Positions 41,206-50,519 of a stretch of DNA of 64,000 bases are shown here, piece by piece. How positions within the stretch are numbered: position 1 is the stretch's first letter; every line of letters starts with the position of its first letter. The DNA comes from Candidatus Pacearchaeota archaeon (GTDB lineage: Archaea > Nanobdellota > Nanobdellia > Pacearchaeales > GW2011-AR1): NCBI GenBank assembly GCA_050303855.1, contig JBNLCO010000006.1, positions 1,820 to 65,819 of the forward strand, given 5' to 3'. The position numbers and the translations under genes were made by a program. Under the pieces are notes generated by a model. It did not search any database. It was not told the origin of the DNA and worked only from the letters and a program-made list of their open reading frames with translations.

Positions 41206-41502
41206 TTATTTTGCTTTACTTATCTCTGTTCTATCCAAAAAGATATAATTTGTGTCAAGATAAGTGAACCGAAATTCATTATATTTACCTTCCGGAGAAT
41301 TTTTACGATAAAACCTATTCTTAGTAGAAAGTTTCGGAAACTTCATGCTATCAAAAGCCTCATTCATAAAAACAACAACTTCTGATAAATCTTTAGAATA
41401 TCTTGCATTACCTGCAACAAATTCGCCAATAGTAGAATCTGGCAATACTTCTAAAGCCTTCTTAACATCTTCATCTTCACACACAATATTATAAAGTTTC
41501 AT
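41206..41502 (-). CDS. Hypothetical protein
   Basis: ORF track 41206..41523; start uncertain. Confidence 0.45.
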   Translation of the reverse strand: MKLYNIVCEDEDVKKALEVLPDSTIGEFVAGNARYSKDLSEVVVFMNEAFDSMKFPKLSTKNRFYRKNSPEGKYNEFRFTYLDTNYIFLDRTEISKAK

Positions 41503-41596
41503 AATTTTTCCACAAACCTCCAATTTAAAAAACTTCCTAAAAGAAGTAATAACTTCACTTCACAACTTTTAAATATTCTCCTAATATATACTATAT

Positions 41597-42121
41597 ATGA
41601 AAAAGATTCAAGCACACTTAATTGGAGAAACAATCTCCACAAACGAATCAGAAGCATTCACGTTACAAAAGAAATCTCAATTCGGAGAACAATCTGGACA
41701 AAAAATACAATATACTTTATCAGAAGCATTATATCTTTTAGAAAAAAATAAAATTGAGGTGTTACAAAAAAATAAAGTGCTAAGTCACAACGAATTGTTC
41801 AACAAAATAAAAAGAATAGATTCAAGAATTCAACTAAAATATCCTGTATTCAAGGATTTAAGAGAAAAAGGATATGTAGTAAAAACAGCATTAAAATTTG
41901 GAGCAGATTTCAGAGTGTATCCAAAAGGCGTGAAAGTAGGACAAAAAAACCAACATTCAAAGTGGATTGTTTTCTGCGAACACGAATCAAAGAAATTTTC
42001 ATGGCATGAATTCTCTGCAAAAAACCGTGTAGCGCATAGCACAAAAAAGAACTTACTAATTGCAATAGTTGATGAAGAATCCGATATTTCTTATTACGAA
42101 ATTAGGTGGATTAGAACCTAG
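41597..42121 (+). CDS. endA: tRNA-splicing endonuclease (single-unit, alpha4 size)
   Basis: EALYL, DLREKGY.VKTALKFGADFRVY, HS, RVAHSTKK, ISYY. Confidence 0.95.
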   Translation: MKKIQAHLIGETISTNESEAFTLQKKSQFGEQSGQKIQYTLSEALYLLEKNKIEVLQKNKVLSHNELFNKIKRIDSRIQLKYPVFKDLREKGYVVKTALKFGADFRVYPKGVKVGQKNQHSKWIVFCEHESKKFSWHEFSAKNRVAHSTKKNLLIAIVDEESDISYYEIRWIRT

Positions 42122-42513
42122 CTCTCAAGTCTCTGCAAAGCAATCTCCGCACTCTCTGACATCTCCTTCTCTGGAGCATCTAAAAATTTCTTAACAAACG
42201 GAATGAAATCTTTATCTCCTAAAGTAGATAAGGCCAATATTGCCTCATGCCTCACAAACAAATTATAATCTTCTTCAACAGATTTCATCAAATATTTCCC
42301 AATAAGATCTCCTCTACCCGTTTCACCCAAAGAAAAGGCAAATTCATGCCGAACAATAGGAGAAGGATCAGTAAATAAACCTTTAACCAATTTCATAAGA
42401 TTCTCTTCTTTTTTAGCATTTTCAAGCTGAAAAGCGCCCTGAATTCTTTCCTCCATACTTCGATTTAAATCCAAGATCAAATCCCCGTAATAATCTTCAT
42501 CTTTTACATCCAT
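42118..42513 (-). CDS. HEAT-repeat protein resembling one half of deoxyhypusine hydroxylase
   Basis: VRHEFAFSLG (H56-E57) and VRHEAILAL (H89-E90). Confidence 0.7.
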   Translation of the reverse strand: MDVKDEDYYGDLILDLNRSMEERIQGAFQLENAKKEENLMKLVKGLFTDPSPIVRHEFAFSLGETGRGDLIGKYLMKSVEEDYNLFVRHEAILALSTLGDKDFIPFVKKFLDAPEKEMSESAEIALQRLES

Positions 42514-42583
42514 AAAATCCAGAAATAAGAACTATTTATAAAATTAACCAAATATTTATAACACAGAATAATTTTTCTAGATT

Positions 42584-43486
42584 ATGCTTGATACAAACAA
42601 AATAAAAGAGAGGATAATTTCAATTCTGAACGCAAAAGGCCCAGGTTTTCCATCGCCCATAGCCAGCGAAATACAAACAAGCATTCTATTCACTTCCGCA
42701 TTCCTCTCAGAACTACTCTCAGAAAAGCAAATTAAAATAACTAATATGAAAGTAGGAAGTTCTCCCATATACTACATTCCAGGACAAGAGTCTCAATTAG
42801 AAAGTTTTGCAATAAAATACCTAAAAAGCAAAGAAAAAGAAGCTTTCATAAAACTCCAAGAAAATAAAATTCTAAAGGATACTGAACAAGAACCAGCAAT
42901 ACGTGTTGCGTTGCGAGAAATAAGAGATTTTGCAATACCTCAAGAGAAGAATAATGAATTGTATTGGAAGTATTTTATAGCATCGGAAGAAGAAGTAAGG
43001 ATCCCAGATAAGAATCCCGAAGAAAAAAGAGAAGAAATCCAAAAACCTAAAGAAACTCAAGAACCAAAAATAAAAGAAAATCCCTCTCAAGAAAGCAAAA
43101 AAGAGGAATTAGACATATTTGAGAAAGAAGAACCCAAAGAAAAAAAGGATAAACCAAAAAAAACCTCTAAAAAGAAAACCGCAAGCAAACAAGATGATAA
43201 ATTCTTTAATATGGTAAAAGAATACCTTTCGCAAAATAACATAGAAATTATAGACCTAGTTTCAATAGGGAAATCTGAATTAACATTTAAAGTAAGAAAA
43301 AACCAAGAAGAACAATTACTCGTGGCCTACAAAAAGAAAGCAGGAGAAAAAGAGATAATTGCAGCAAACAAAAAAGCACAGGACTTAAACCTAAAGTACG
43401 CAATACTAAGCACTGCAGAACCTCTAAAAAAGACAATAAACCTAATTGAGGCACTAAAAAACATGTCAGATATACAAAAAATTTGA
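42584..43486 (+). CDS. Hypothetical protein (possible N-terminal wHTH, charged linker)
   Basis: 300-aa ORF; TATA about 25 nt upstream. Confidence 0.65.
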   Translation: MLDTNKIKERIISILNAKGPGFPSPIASEIQTSILFTSAFLSELLSEKQIKITNMKVGSSPIYYIPGQESQLESFAIKYLKSKEKEAFIKLQENKILKDTEQEPAIRVALREIRDFAIPQEKNNELYWKYFIASEEEVRIPDKNPEEKREEIQKPKETQEPKIKENPSQESKKEELDIFEKEEPKEKKDKPKKTSKKKTASKQDDKFFNMVKEYLSQNNIEIIDLVSIGKSELTFKVRKNQEEQLLVAYKKKAGEKEIIAANKKAQDLNLKYAILSTAEPLKKTINLIEALKNMSDIQKI

Positions 43487-43524
43487 TAAGAAAGCTTTAA
43501 AAACGAAATAGTTTAGAATTAATC

Positions 43525-43731
43525 ATGGGAAAGATAAAATCAAAGATGATGAGAAGTACTTCAGAGACTCTAATAAAAGAAGGACTACCATTTACAGAAG
43601 ATTTTGAAACTAACAAAAAGATACTTGGAGATACAATGCCAAGTAAGAAGCTTAGAAACAAAACAGCAGGATTAATTTCTAGAATGAAAAGGCAAGAAGC
43701 CATAAAAAAGGCAGAGCTTGAAGTTAAATAA
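43525..43731 (+). CDS. rps17e: 30S ribosomal protein eS17
   Basis: MGKIK...FTEDFETNKK...SKKLRNKTAG. Confidence 0.92.
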   Translation: MGKIKSKMMRSTSETLIKEGLPFTEDFETNKKILGDTMPSKKLRNKTAGLISRMKRQEAIKKAELEVK

Positions 43732-43778
43732 TTCTAAAACCTTAAACTTTTAAAGGTAGGTAGATCTCTATAAATTAA

Positions 43779-43851
43779 GGCTGCATAGCTCAGTTGGTAG
43801 AGCGCAAGTCTCATGAGCTTGAGGTCCTGAGTTCGAATCTCAGTGCAGCCA
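43779..43851 (+). tRNA. tRNA with CAT anticodon (probably elongator Met; Ile2 not excluded)
   Basis: GGCTGCA/TGCAGCC A; CAAGT CTCATGA GCTTG; CTGAG-TTCGAAT-CTCAG; G at position 37. Confidence 0.9.
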
Positions 43852-44590
43852 TATCTTTCAAAATTACCCGATTAAACAGTTCCTTTTTAGAAGAAAGATA
43901 TTTCCGATCATATCTCATAAATGCCTGGAATTTTTTCAGTTGTTTAGGATTAACAAATCCGATATTTTTATAAAACAATATCAAATTCTTTTTCCCATTA
44001 AACTGCACACGAAACTTTTTGAAGATTTTAATAAATCCCCTCTCATCCTTATTCCTTTTGCATTCATACATGTTACCATTAAAACCATTCTCGATCAAGA
44101 ATTCATGAATTTGTCTTATCAAATCATGAGCAATCATATGGACCTCCAATCTTGGATAAAATTTGTTAGGATTTTTTGTTAAAACCAAACTACCATCCGT
44201 AGCAAAAATTCCTTGAATAACATATTTGACAAGATCTCTCCTATGGAATTCTCCAGGAATAATTATCTTTGTTCCTTTCTTACCAATAGGAAATCCTAAA
44301 GAATTAATTTTGCAAAAAAGACTTTTATCAGAGAAGAACAATTCAACAGTTCCTTTTTCAGGCCTTCTAATAATTCTCAAAGGTTTCATCCCAGATCGCA
44401 AAGAATTTATTATTGGAGCTACAAATTCTTTAATAAAAGGAATATCATCGTAGTAATTACAAACGATTGATATGCCAAATATCGTTCTTTTTTGTTTTGT
44501 AACATATTTTGACAAACATCCATCTCCCAACATTATTCCATAAAGTAGAGCAAATCTTTCATCATGAGACAACTTATTGATATCAAACAT
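43811..44590 (-). CDS. Free-standing LAGLIDADG endonuclease
   Basis: LYGIMLGDG and IQGIFATDG; C-terminus MAALRFELRTSSS is antisense tRNA; start likely 44590. Confidence 0.88.
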   Translation of the reverse strand: MFDINKLSHDERFALLYGIMLGDGCLSKYVTKQKRTIFGISIVCNYYDDIPFIKEFVAPIINSLRSGMKPLRIIRRPEKGTVELFFSDKSLFCKINSLGFPIGKKGTKIIIPGEFHRRDLVKYVIQGIFATDGSLVLTKNPNKFYPRLEVHMIAHDLIRQIHEFLIENGFNGNMYECKRNKDERGFIKIFKKFRVQFNGKKNLILFYKNIGFVNPKQLKKFQAFMRYDRKYLSSKKELFNRVILKDMAALRFELRTSSS

Positions 44591-44655
44591 CACAACAAAT
44601 ACAAAACAAAAAATAATATAATATTTTAGAACTATTCTATAATTAAACACAAAAA

Positions 44656-45003
44656 TCAGTAAACTCTTGGAACTTTTCCACCTTTCTTTCTAGGGAGTAT
44701 ATGAAAATGAACATGGTTGACCACCTGTCCTGCAGATTCAAAGTTATTCTGAACAAGATTAAATCCATCGGCCTTCTCAGAGTCTAAAACTTTCAAAGCA
44801 GTTTGTTTAACACAATCCAACAACTCCGTACCAACAGTCGAAGGCATATCTAAAGTAGTCTTAAAGTGTCTTTTTGATATAACCAAACTATGCCCTTCTA
44901 TCTGTTGATTTTTATCTGGCATAGAAAAAAAGCTATCATTTTCATAGATTTTATCTGAGGTAACTTCACCAGAAGCTATCTTACAAAAAATGCAATCTTC
45001 CAT
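44656..45003 (-). CDS. HIT-family hydrolase
   Basis: DCIFCKI, GHSLVI, AGQVVNHVHFHILPR. Confidence 0.93.
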   Translation of the reverse strand: MEDCIFCKIASGEVTSDKIYENDSFFSMPDKNQQIEGHSLVISKRHFKTTLDMPSTVGTELLDCVKQTALKVLDSEKADGFNLVQNNFESAGQVVNHVHFHILPRKKGGKVPRVY

Positions 45004-45033
45004 AAAACCAAAAAACAAAACAAGTTTAAAAAA

Positions 45034-45531
45034 TTATATATTGTTACCTTTCCAAACAGTTTTCTCACCATTAATTTTTCTATCAAGAATGACCAATTCA
45101 TCATAAATTCCTTCAATTAAATCGTAATTTTTAGCCTCTTCCAAGCTCACCCAAGCATATTCAATTAAAGCATTACACAGATTAACATTTGTTTCTTTAA
45201 GGAGTTCAGCAAATAAACTAACAATCAAACAAGGAACCTTGTCTGGACGAATATAAACCATGCTAGTAACATAATCTATGTTTTGAATCTCAAGTCCAAC
45301 CTCTTCCTTAACTTCCTTTTTTAACAAATCTTCCAAAACATTATACCAATGGTGAGGAGTATCTTTATTTCTAAGAACATAATCTAAAACTTCTAACTTA
45401 CCTCCTGGAACAGTCCACCTCCCAGGGAAAGCTTTTTCCCAATCAGCACGTTTAACAACCAAAAATTTACCTTCTTGATTAACAATTATTCCTGTAACAA
45501 CAACAAAATGAGTAAGATTTTTATTGGACAT
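45034..45531 (-). CDS. NUDIX hydrolase
   Basis: WTVPGGKLE...KEVKEEVGL (Nudix box with an insertion). Confidence 0.85.
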   Translation of the reverse strand: MSNKNLTHFVVVTGIIVNQEGKFLVVKRADWEKAFPGRWTVPGGKLEVLDYVLRNKDTPHHWYNVLEDLLKKEVKEEVGLEIQNIDYVTSMVYIRPDKVPCLIVSLFAELLKETNVNLCNALIEYAWVSLEEAKNYDLIEGIYDELVILDRKINGEKTVWKGNNI

Positions 45532-45590
45532 AGAAAAATTTTATCACAATAATATTTAAATAATTCCTCAAAAAAATTGACTTAAGGATA

Positions 45591-46205
45591 ATGGAAAAAG
45601 AAATACTAAAACTCTTTCTTACAGAGAATAAATTAAAATTCAGCGAAATCGAAAAATATCTAAAAGTAAGATCAAACAAGCTAGACTATCACCTAAAAAA
45701 ACTCTTAAAAAAAGGAATAATCACTAAACAAAAAGAATTTTACCAGTTAAGCGAAGGGTCTGAAAATATAATACCTTATCTATCTGAAAAGAATTCAACC
45801 TTACCTGTAATACTTATATTAATTGGGAACAAAAACGAAGCATTCCTCCAAAAAAGAGAAAAAAGACCATACAAAAATCTACTAAGTCTTCCTGGAGGAA
45901 GATTATTACAAGGAGAGGAAATTGAAACAGCAGCAAAAAGGATAATGAAAGAAAAACACAATGTTGACATATCACTTAAAAAAATAAATTCAATATCACT
46001 AGAACACTTAGTAAAAAACAAAAAAATAATTAATTCCTTCATATTAATTCTTATAACAGCTACAACAAAAAATAATATAAAATTAACAGAAATAAACAAG
46101 AACAAATCAAAGATAATACCTAGCGATTACAAATTAATAAAAAAAGAATCAAAAAACAATACTATAATAAAAACAATAAAATCAACCCTGAAACAGGGTG
46201 ACTAA
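45591..46205 (+). CDS. wHTH-Nudix fusion, probable transcriptional regulator
   Basis: KFSEIEK...SNKLDYHLKKL HTH; LPGGRL..GE....AAKRIMKEK degenerate Nudix box. Confidence 0.75.
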   Translation: MEKEILKLFLTENKLKFSEIEKYLKVRSNKLDYHLKKLLKKGIITKQKEFYQLSEGSENIIPYLSEKNSTLPVILILIGNKNEAFLQKREKRPYKNLLSLPGGRLLQGEEIETAAKRIMKEKHNVDISLKKINSISLEHLVKNKKIINSFILILITATTKNNIKLTEINKNKSKIIPSDYKLIKKESKNNTIIKTIKSTLKQGD

Positions 46206-46273
46206 AAACCAAAATCATTGCAACCAAATCGCTCATTTGCATATTAAACTAATAAAATAAAAAATAAAACAAA

Positions 46274-46435
46274 TTATCTCTTTTTCTTTTTAACAGTCTT
46301 TTTCTTTGCAGCTTTCTTTTTTACAGCCTTTTTCTTAACAGCTTTTTTCTTAACGGCTTTCTTTTTCACCATCTTCTTCTTAGCCATTTTTTTCTTAGGC
46401 ATCTTTTTCTTCACTGCTTTCTTTTTCATAGCCAT
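46274..46435 (-). CDS. 53-aa Lys-rich histone H1-like protein
   Basis: MAM(KKKxx)9KKKKR; GAGGTGG SD 5 nt before ATG 46435. Confidence 0.75.
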   Translation of the reverse strand: MAMKKKAVKKKMPKKKMAKKKMVKKKAVKKKAVKKKAVKKKAAKKKTVKKKKR

Positions 46436-46559
46436 GACGACCACCTCTTTTTTAATTACTAGAATCAAGTATTAATTCTTTAAAAACTTTTTGTAAAATT
46501 ATTTTTTGTAAAAAAATTTATAATAAAAAAATTAGTTTTTACCGTCGGAGATAAAATAA

Positions 46560-48212
46560 TTACAAATCTGAGAAATTTTTCTCTCCATCAAGCAAATCTC
46601 TTAAAATATTTCTTAAATCCTTGATCAAAATTCTTTTTTGTTCTTTTGTATCTCTAAATCTTAAAGTTACATCTTTATTTTTTAGTGAATCCTCGTCGAT
46701 AGTTATACAAAAAGGTGTACCCACTTCATCATTTCTTGCATATCTTCTTCCAATACTTCCCGACTTGTCATAAACAACATTAAATTCTTTTTTCAAATTT
46801 CTAACAATATCTTTCGATAAAACATCAAAGTCTTCTCTTTTAATCAAAGGAAAAACTGCAGCTTTTATAGGCGAAAGCCTAAACGGAAGTTTCAAAACAG
46901 TATTATCTTTATCATCAACGCAATAAGATTTGGTCAAAACAGCCAAAAATATTCTTTCAATACCAAAGGTAGGCTCTATAACTCTCGGAATAACCTTTTT
47001 GCCAGTTCTCTCGTCGAAAATTTCCATTTTTTCCTTACTTTCTTTTTGATGTTGTGTTAAATCATACTGGCCACGGTTAGCATTTCCTGCAACTTCTTTT
47101 GAACCAAAAGGATATTCGTAGTCAATATCAAAAGTTGCAGAGCTATAATGACTCAATTCATCTTTTGTATGCTCTCTAATTTTAATTTCGTCTAAATTTA
47201 ATCTTCTAAACCAAATTATTTGTTCAGCAAGCCAATAAGCGTGCCATTCACCCAACTTTTTTTTCTCAATTAATTCTTTTATTGTTGCCTTCTCAAGAGA
47301 GTTAGAATCATTCTTTTGATTCTCTTCAGATAAGAAACTAAATTTAACATTCAAATGTTCTTCATCAAGTAAATCACACTTCTCATCTTCAGGGTTAATA
47401 AAAAATTCAAATTCTCCTATATGAAATTCCCTACTTCTAAACAAAAAGTCTCTCGGAGCAATCTCATTCCTAAAACATCTTCCAATCTGTGCAACACCAA
47501 AAGGCAATTGTTGCCTAGTAGTTTGAGAGATCAATTTAAAATCCAAAAACATTCCTTGAGCAGTTTCTCCTCTAAGATAAGCTTTCTGTGTGCTTTCTCC
47601 AACACCCACATCAGTTCCAAACATTAAATTAAATTTACCTTGAGATTCATACTCTCCTCCGCAATCAGGACAATTAACTTTACCAACTTCATTTTCATCT
47701 AACTTTCCAGTCTTTCCGCATTTCTTACATTTAACAAAAACATCAGCAAAATTGTCTAAATGACCCGAAGCCTTCCAAGTTCTAGGGTGGGAAATTATAG
47801 ACCCCTCCATACCCACCATGTTGTCTTTATCATGAACAAAGAAATTCCACCATTCCTTCTTTATATTATTAAACAACTCAACACCTAAAGGACCATAGTC
47901 CCAAAAACCAGCAAAACCTCCATAAATATCGCTTGATCTATAAACAAAACCCTTCTCCTTACAAAACTTAGCAAGTTCTTCAACAGAAACATCTTTTCTC
48001 TTCAAAACATCTTGATTTTCTTCTTGAATCGTTTCCATATCTTGATTAGCATCATTTCTATTTTTAAGAATTTCTGTCATCTTTTTTTCAGCCTCATCAC
48101 GAGTTTTCCCCAAATAAGCCATGTGTTTACTTACAACTTTTCCATTTTCACGAACAGCTTTCCTAAGATAAAAATAATCTTTTCCATTAATTTTCTGTTT
48201 TGCTATGTACAT
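46560..48212 (-). CDS. glyS: Glycine--tRNA ligase (alpha2 type) with extra N-terminal domain
   Basis: IYGGFAGFWDYGPLG, LRGETAQG, FRNEIAPR, ELSHYS, VIEPTFG, SIGRRYAR.DEVG. Confidence 0.95.
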   Translation of the reverse strand: MYIAKQKINGKDYFYLRKAVRENGKVVSKHMAYLGKTRDEAEKKMTEILKNRNDANQDMETIQEENQDVLKRKDVSVEELAKFCKEKGFVYRSSDIYGGFAGFWDYGPLGVELFNNIKKEWWNFFVHDKDNMVGMEGSIISHPRTWKASGHLDNFADVFVKCKKCGKTGKLDENEVGKVNCPDCGGEYESQGKFNLMFGTDVGVGESTQKAYLRGETAQGMFLDFKLISQTTRQQLPFGVAQIGRCFRNEIAPRDFLFRSREFHIGEFEFFINPEDEKCDLLDEEHLNVKFSFLSEENQKNDSNSLEKATIKELIEKKKLGEWHAYWLAEQIIWFRRLNLDEIKIREHTKDELSHYSSATFDIDYEYPFGSKEVAGNANRGQYDLTQHQKESKEKMEIFDERTGKKVIPRVIEPTFGIERIFLAVLTKSYCVDDKDNTVLKLPFRLSPIKAAVFPLIKREDFDVLSKDIVRNLKKEFNVVYDKSGSIGRRYARNDEVGTPFCITIDEDSLKNKDVTLRFRDTKEQKRILIKDLRNILRDLLDGEKNFSDL

Positions 48213-48242
48213 ACTAAAAATAAACAAGTAGTGTATAAAAAG

Positions 48243-48656
48243 TTATTCACCAATAATTTTAACTAAAATTTTTTTATCTCTCTGACCATCAAACTCTCCA
48301 TAGAAAATTTCTTCCCAAGGACCAAAATCTAATTTATAATCCGTGAGGGAAATAACGACTTCTCTCCCCATGATTGTTCTCCACAAATGAGCAAAACCAT
48401 TATCTTCTCCTGTCTGATGATGATTATAATCAAACTTCTGAGGTGCGAGTTTCTCCAACCATATCTTAAAATCTCTTAACAAACCTCCTTCATTATCATT
48501 GATAAAAACCGAGGCGGTAATATGCATTGGATTAACTAAAACCAAACCATCTTGAATTCCAGATTCCTTAACAACTTGCAAAACTTTATCAGTAATATTA
48601 ACAAATTCTATTTTTTCTTCCGTGTTAATCAAAATCTTTTTTGTATAAGTGTGCAT
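48243..48656 (-). CDS. YjbQ family protein
   Basis: [34 protein letters not shown]. Confidence 0.9.
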   Translation of the reverse strand: MHTYTKKILINTEEKIEFVNITDKVLQVVKESGIQDGLVLVNPMHITASVFINDNEGGLLRDFKIWLEKLAPQKFDYNHHQTGEDNGFAHLWRTIMGREVVISLTDYKLDFGPWEEIFYGEFDGQRDKKILVKIIGE

Positions 48657-48657
48657 T

Positions 48658-49509
48658 TTAATCTAATAGTATTTTCTTCAGTCTATAAAACTTTTTGGTA
48701 AATTTTCTATTTTCAATCATTGAATAAATCTTCCAAACTGACCAACAAAAAGCATAAAATTTAATTTCTTCTAAGTCATAATTCCGATAGCCTTCTAGAA
48801 GCTTTTCAAACTTATAATCTTCGCTGTGATCAATATACATCCTTGCAAAATCTTGCATAGGAGGACCAACAGATAAATCGGCAAAATCCATTATCCCCTC
48901 AATCTTTCTATTATTAATTCGAATATTATAATCGGCAAAATCCGAATGAAGCATCACTGATTTCTTTGTATTCAAATAGTGTTTATTATTCTCATATTTT
49001 TCAAATATTCTAGACAATTCTTCTTTAGAAAAATAATCCAATTTTACTAACTTCTGCAAATCATTCTTAAACCAAGACTCAATAGCTTTCTTCTGAGTAG
49101 AAAAATTCCCAATTAATTTATTGGAAACCACGTCTCCAAAATTCTCCCCTTTTATTGTATGTATCTTTCTAAGAATTTCACCTAGTTCAAAGTATATTTG
49201 TTCAAAATCCTTTCTATCAAAGACAACATCATCTAAATCTTCTCCTTCCAAATAACTTTCAACAAGAAATTTCTTATCCAAAAGGATGATCTTAGGAACA
49301 GGTATCTTTTTGCTAGAACTTTTATTAATACCCAGTTCTTGCTTAGAAATCTTATTTTCTTCTCTAAGAGGAATTTTTAGAACAAATTTGCCTTTAGAAG
49401 TCTCAACAATATCAACTTTTTGATCAACACCTTTCGAAGAATCTGTTATGCTAATAATCGATGCCCCAAGACGATTCTGGAAGATATCCCGAATTTCTTT
49501 TTTATTCAT
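48658..49509 (-). CDS. Aminoglycoside-phosphotransferase-like kinase
   Basis: VLK, IPVPKI, LHSDF..YNI, GIMDF. Confidence 0.82.
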   Translation of the reverse strand: MNKKEIRDIFQNRLGASIISITDSSKGVDQKVDIVETSKGKFVLKIPLREENKISKQELGINKSSSKKIPVPKIILLDKKFLVESYLEGEDLDDVVFDRKDFEQIYFELGEILRKIHTIKGENFGDVVSNKLIGNFSTQKKAIESWFKNDLQKLVKLDYFSKEELSRIFEKYENNKHYLNTKKSVMLHSDFADYNIRINNRKIEGIMDFADLSVGPPMQDFARMYIDHSEDYKFEKLLEGYRNYDLEEIKFYAFCWSVWKIYSMIENRKFTKKFYRLKKILLD

Positions 49510-50072
49510 TTTAATATCTCAAGCATCTCAGGAATTTCCTTAGTTTCATTGAAATGCTCTTCGTTATGTTTAATCAAAGTCTTAGCTCCAAGTTTTTCTT
49601 TAAAAAATTCTTCATTACTCAAGGGAACATAAGGGTCATCATCTGAAAGAATACATAAGAAATTATCTGTATGGTCTCTAACTTTCTCAAAATCTATTGG
49701 GGTTTCCATCCAAGGTTTAGCAATTTCAACACTTTCTGGACCTTCTTCTTCAATAGTATTTTGATCTAATTCCATCCAAGGAGCAATAAAAACCGCACCC
49801 GCAATTTTAACATCTTTATCAAGAGTTTCCAAATATCTCAAAACTGCCTGACATCCAATGCTGTGTCCAATAAAATAAGTTTCTTCATCTAAACCAACAA
49901 CATTTTCCTTAAGAAAACCAATCCATTCTTCAATTTTAGGCTCTTCGGTATTTGGCATATCAAAAGAAATTAACTCTACGCCCTTCTTATCCAATTCACT
50001 TTTTAACCAACCAGACCAAGCTTCACTAGCACTACTTCCACCCCAACCATGAACAAAATAAACTCTTTTCAT
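49506..50072 (-). CDS. Alpha/beta hydrolase (YdeN/RBBP9 type)
   Basis: VHGWGG, GHSIG, SDDDPYVP, HF. Confidence 0.88.
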   Translation of the reverse strand: MKRVYFVHGWGGSSASEAWSGWLKSELDKKGVELISFDMPNTEEPKIEEWIGFLKENVVGLDEETYFIGHSIGCQAVLRYLETLDKDVKIAGAVFIAPWMELDQNTIEEEGPESVEIAKPWMETPIDFEKVRDHTDNFLCILSDDDPYVPLSNEEFFKEKLGAKTLIKHNEEHFNETKEIPEMLEILK

Positions 50073-50079
50073 CTTAAAA

Positions 50080-50163
50080 TGCGGATATTAGGATTCGAAC
50101 CTAAGTAAGCACTAAGCTACAACGCCCTAAACGTCGCCCGTTTGACCACTCCGGCATATCCGC
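50080..50163 (-). tRNA. tRNA-Leu(TAG), no intron
   Basis: GCGGATA/TATCCGC A; CGACG TTTAGGG CGTTG; long variable arm; TTCGAAT. Confidence 0.93.
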
Positions 50164-50268
50164 TTAATAATTTATCATAAAACCAGTATAAAAACCTTAG
50201 GTTATCCAAAATTGTTATCCAAAATCTGGGTAAATCACCTTTAAATAGACATTCAACACAAAAACAAA

Positions 50269-50517
50269 ATGGACGATGAAGCAATGCCCTTTGAATTATC
50301 AAAAAAGATATTCTGGATCCTGTTATTTTGTGTTGTGCAACTCTTTATATTTATGTACTTCAAAGCATACGGATCACTACTTGTATTAGGAGTATTCATA
50401 TTTATGCTCGTGTTCATTTCAAAGGATATAAAACTAAAGAAAGAACATGAAAACAAAGTTCTTAAAAAAATTGACTGGTACAAATCAAAATACACTTTAT
50501 CAAAAGAAATTCCTTAA
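50269..50517 (+). CDS. Small membrane protein
   Basis: Two TM helices; TTTAAA box upstream. Confidence 0.5.
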   Translation: MDDEAMPFELSKKIFWILLFCVVQLFIFMYFKAYGSLLVLGVFIFMLVFISKDIKLKKEHENKVLKKIDWYKSKYTLSKEIP

Positions 50518-50519
50518 AA

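Noticed and set aside
46274..46435. 15-bp periodic DNA as a CRISPR array or VNTR
   Set aside because: No spacers or cas genes; periodicity is explained by coding KKKxx repeats with synonymous variation. I found no CRISPR array in the window.
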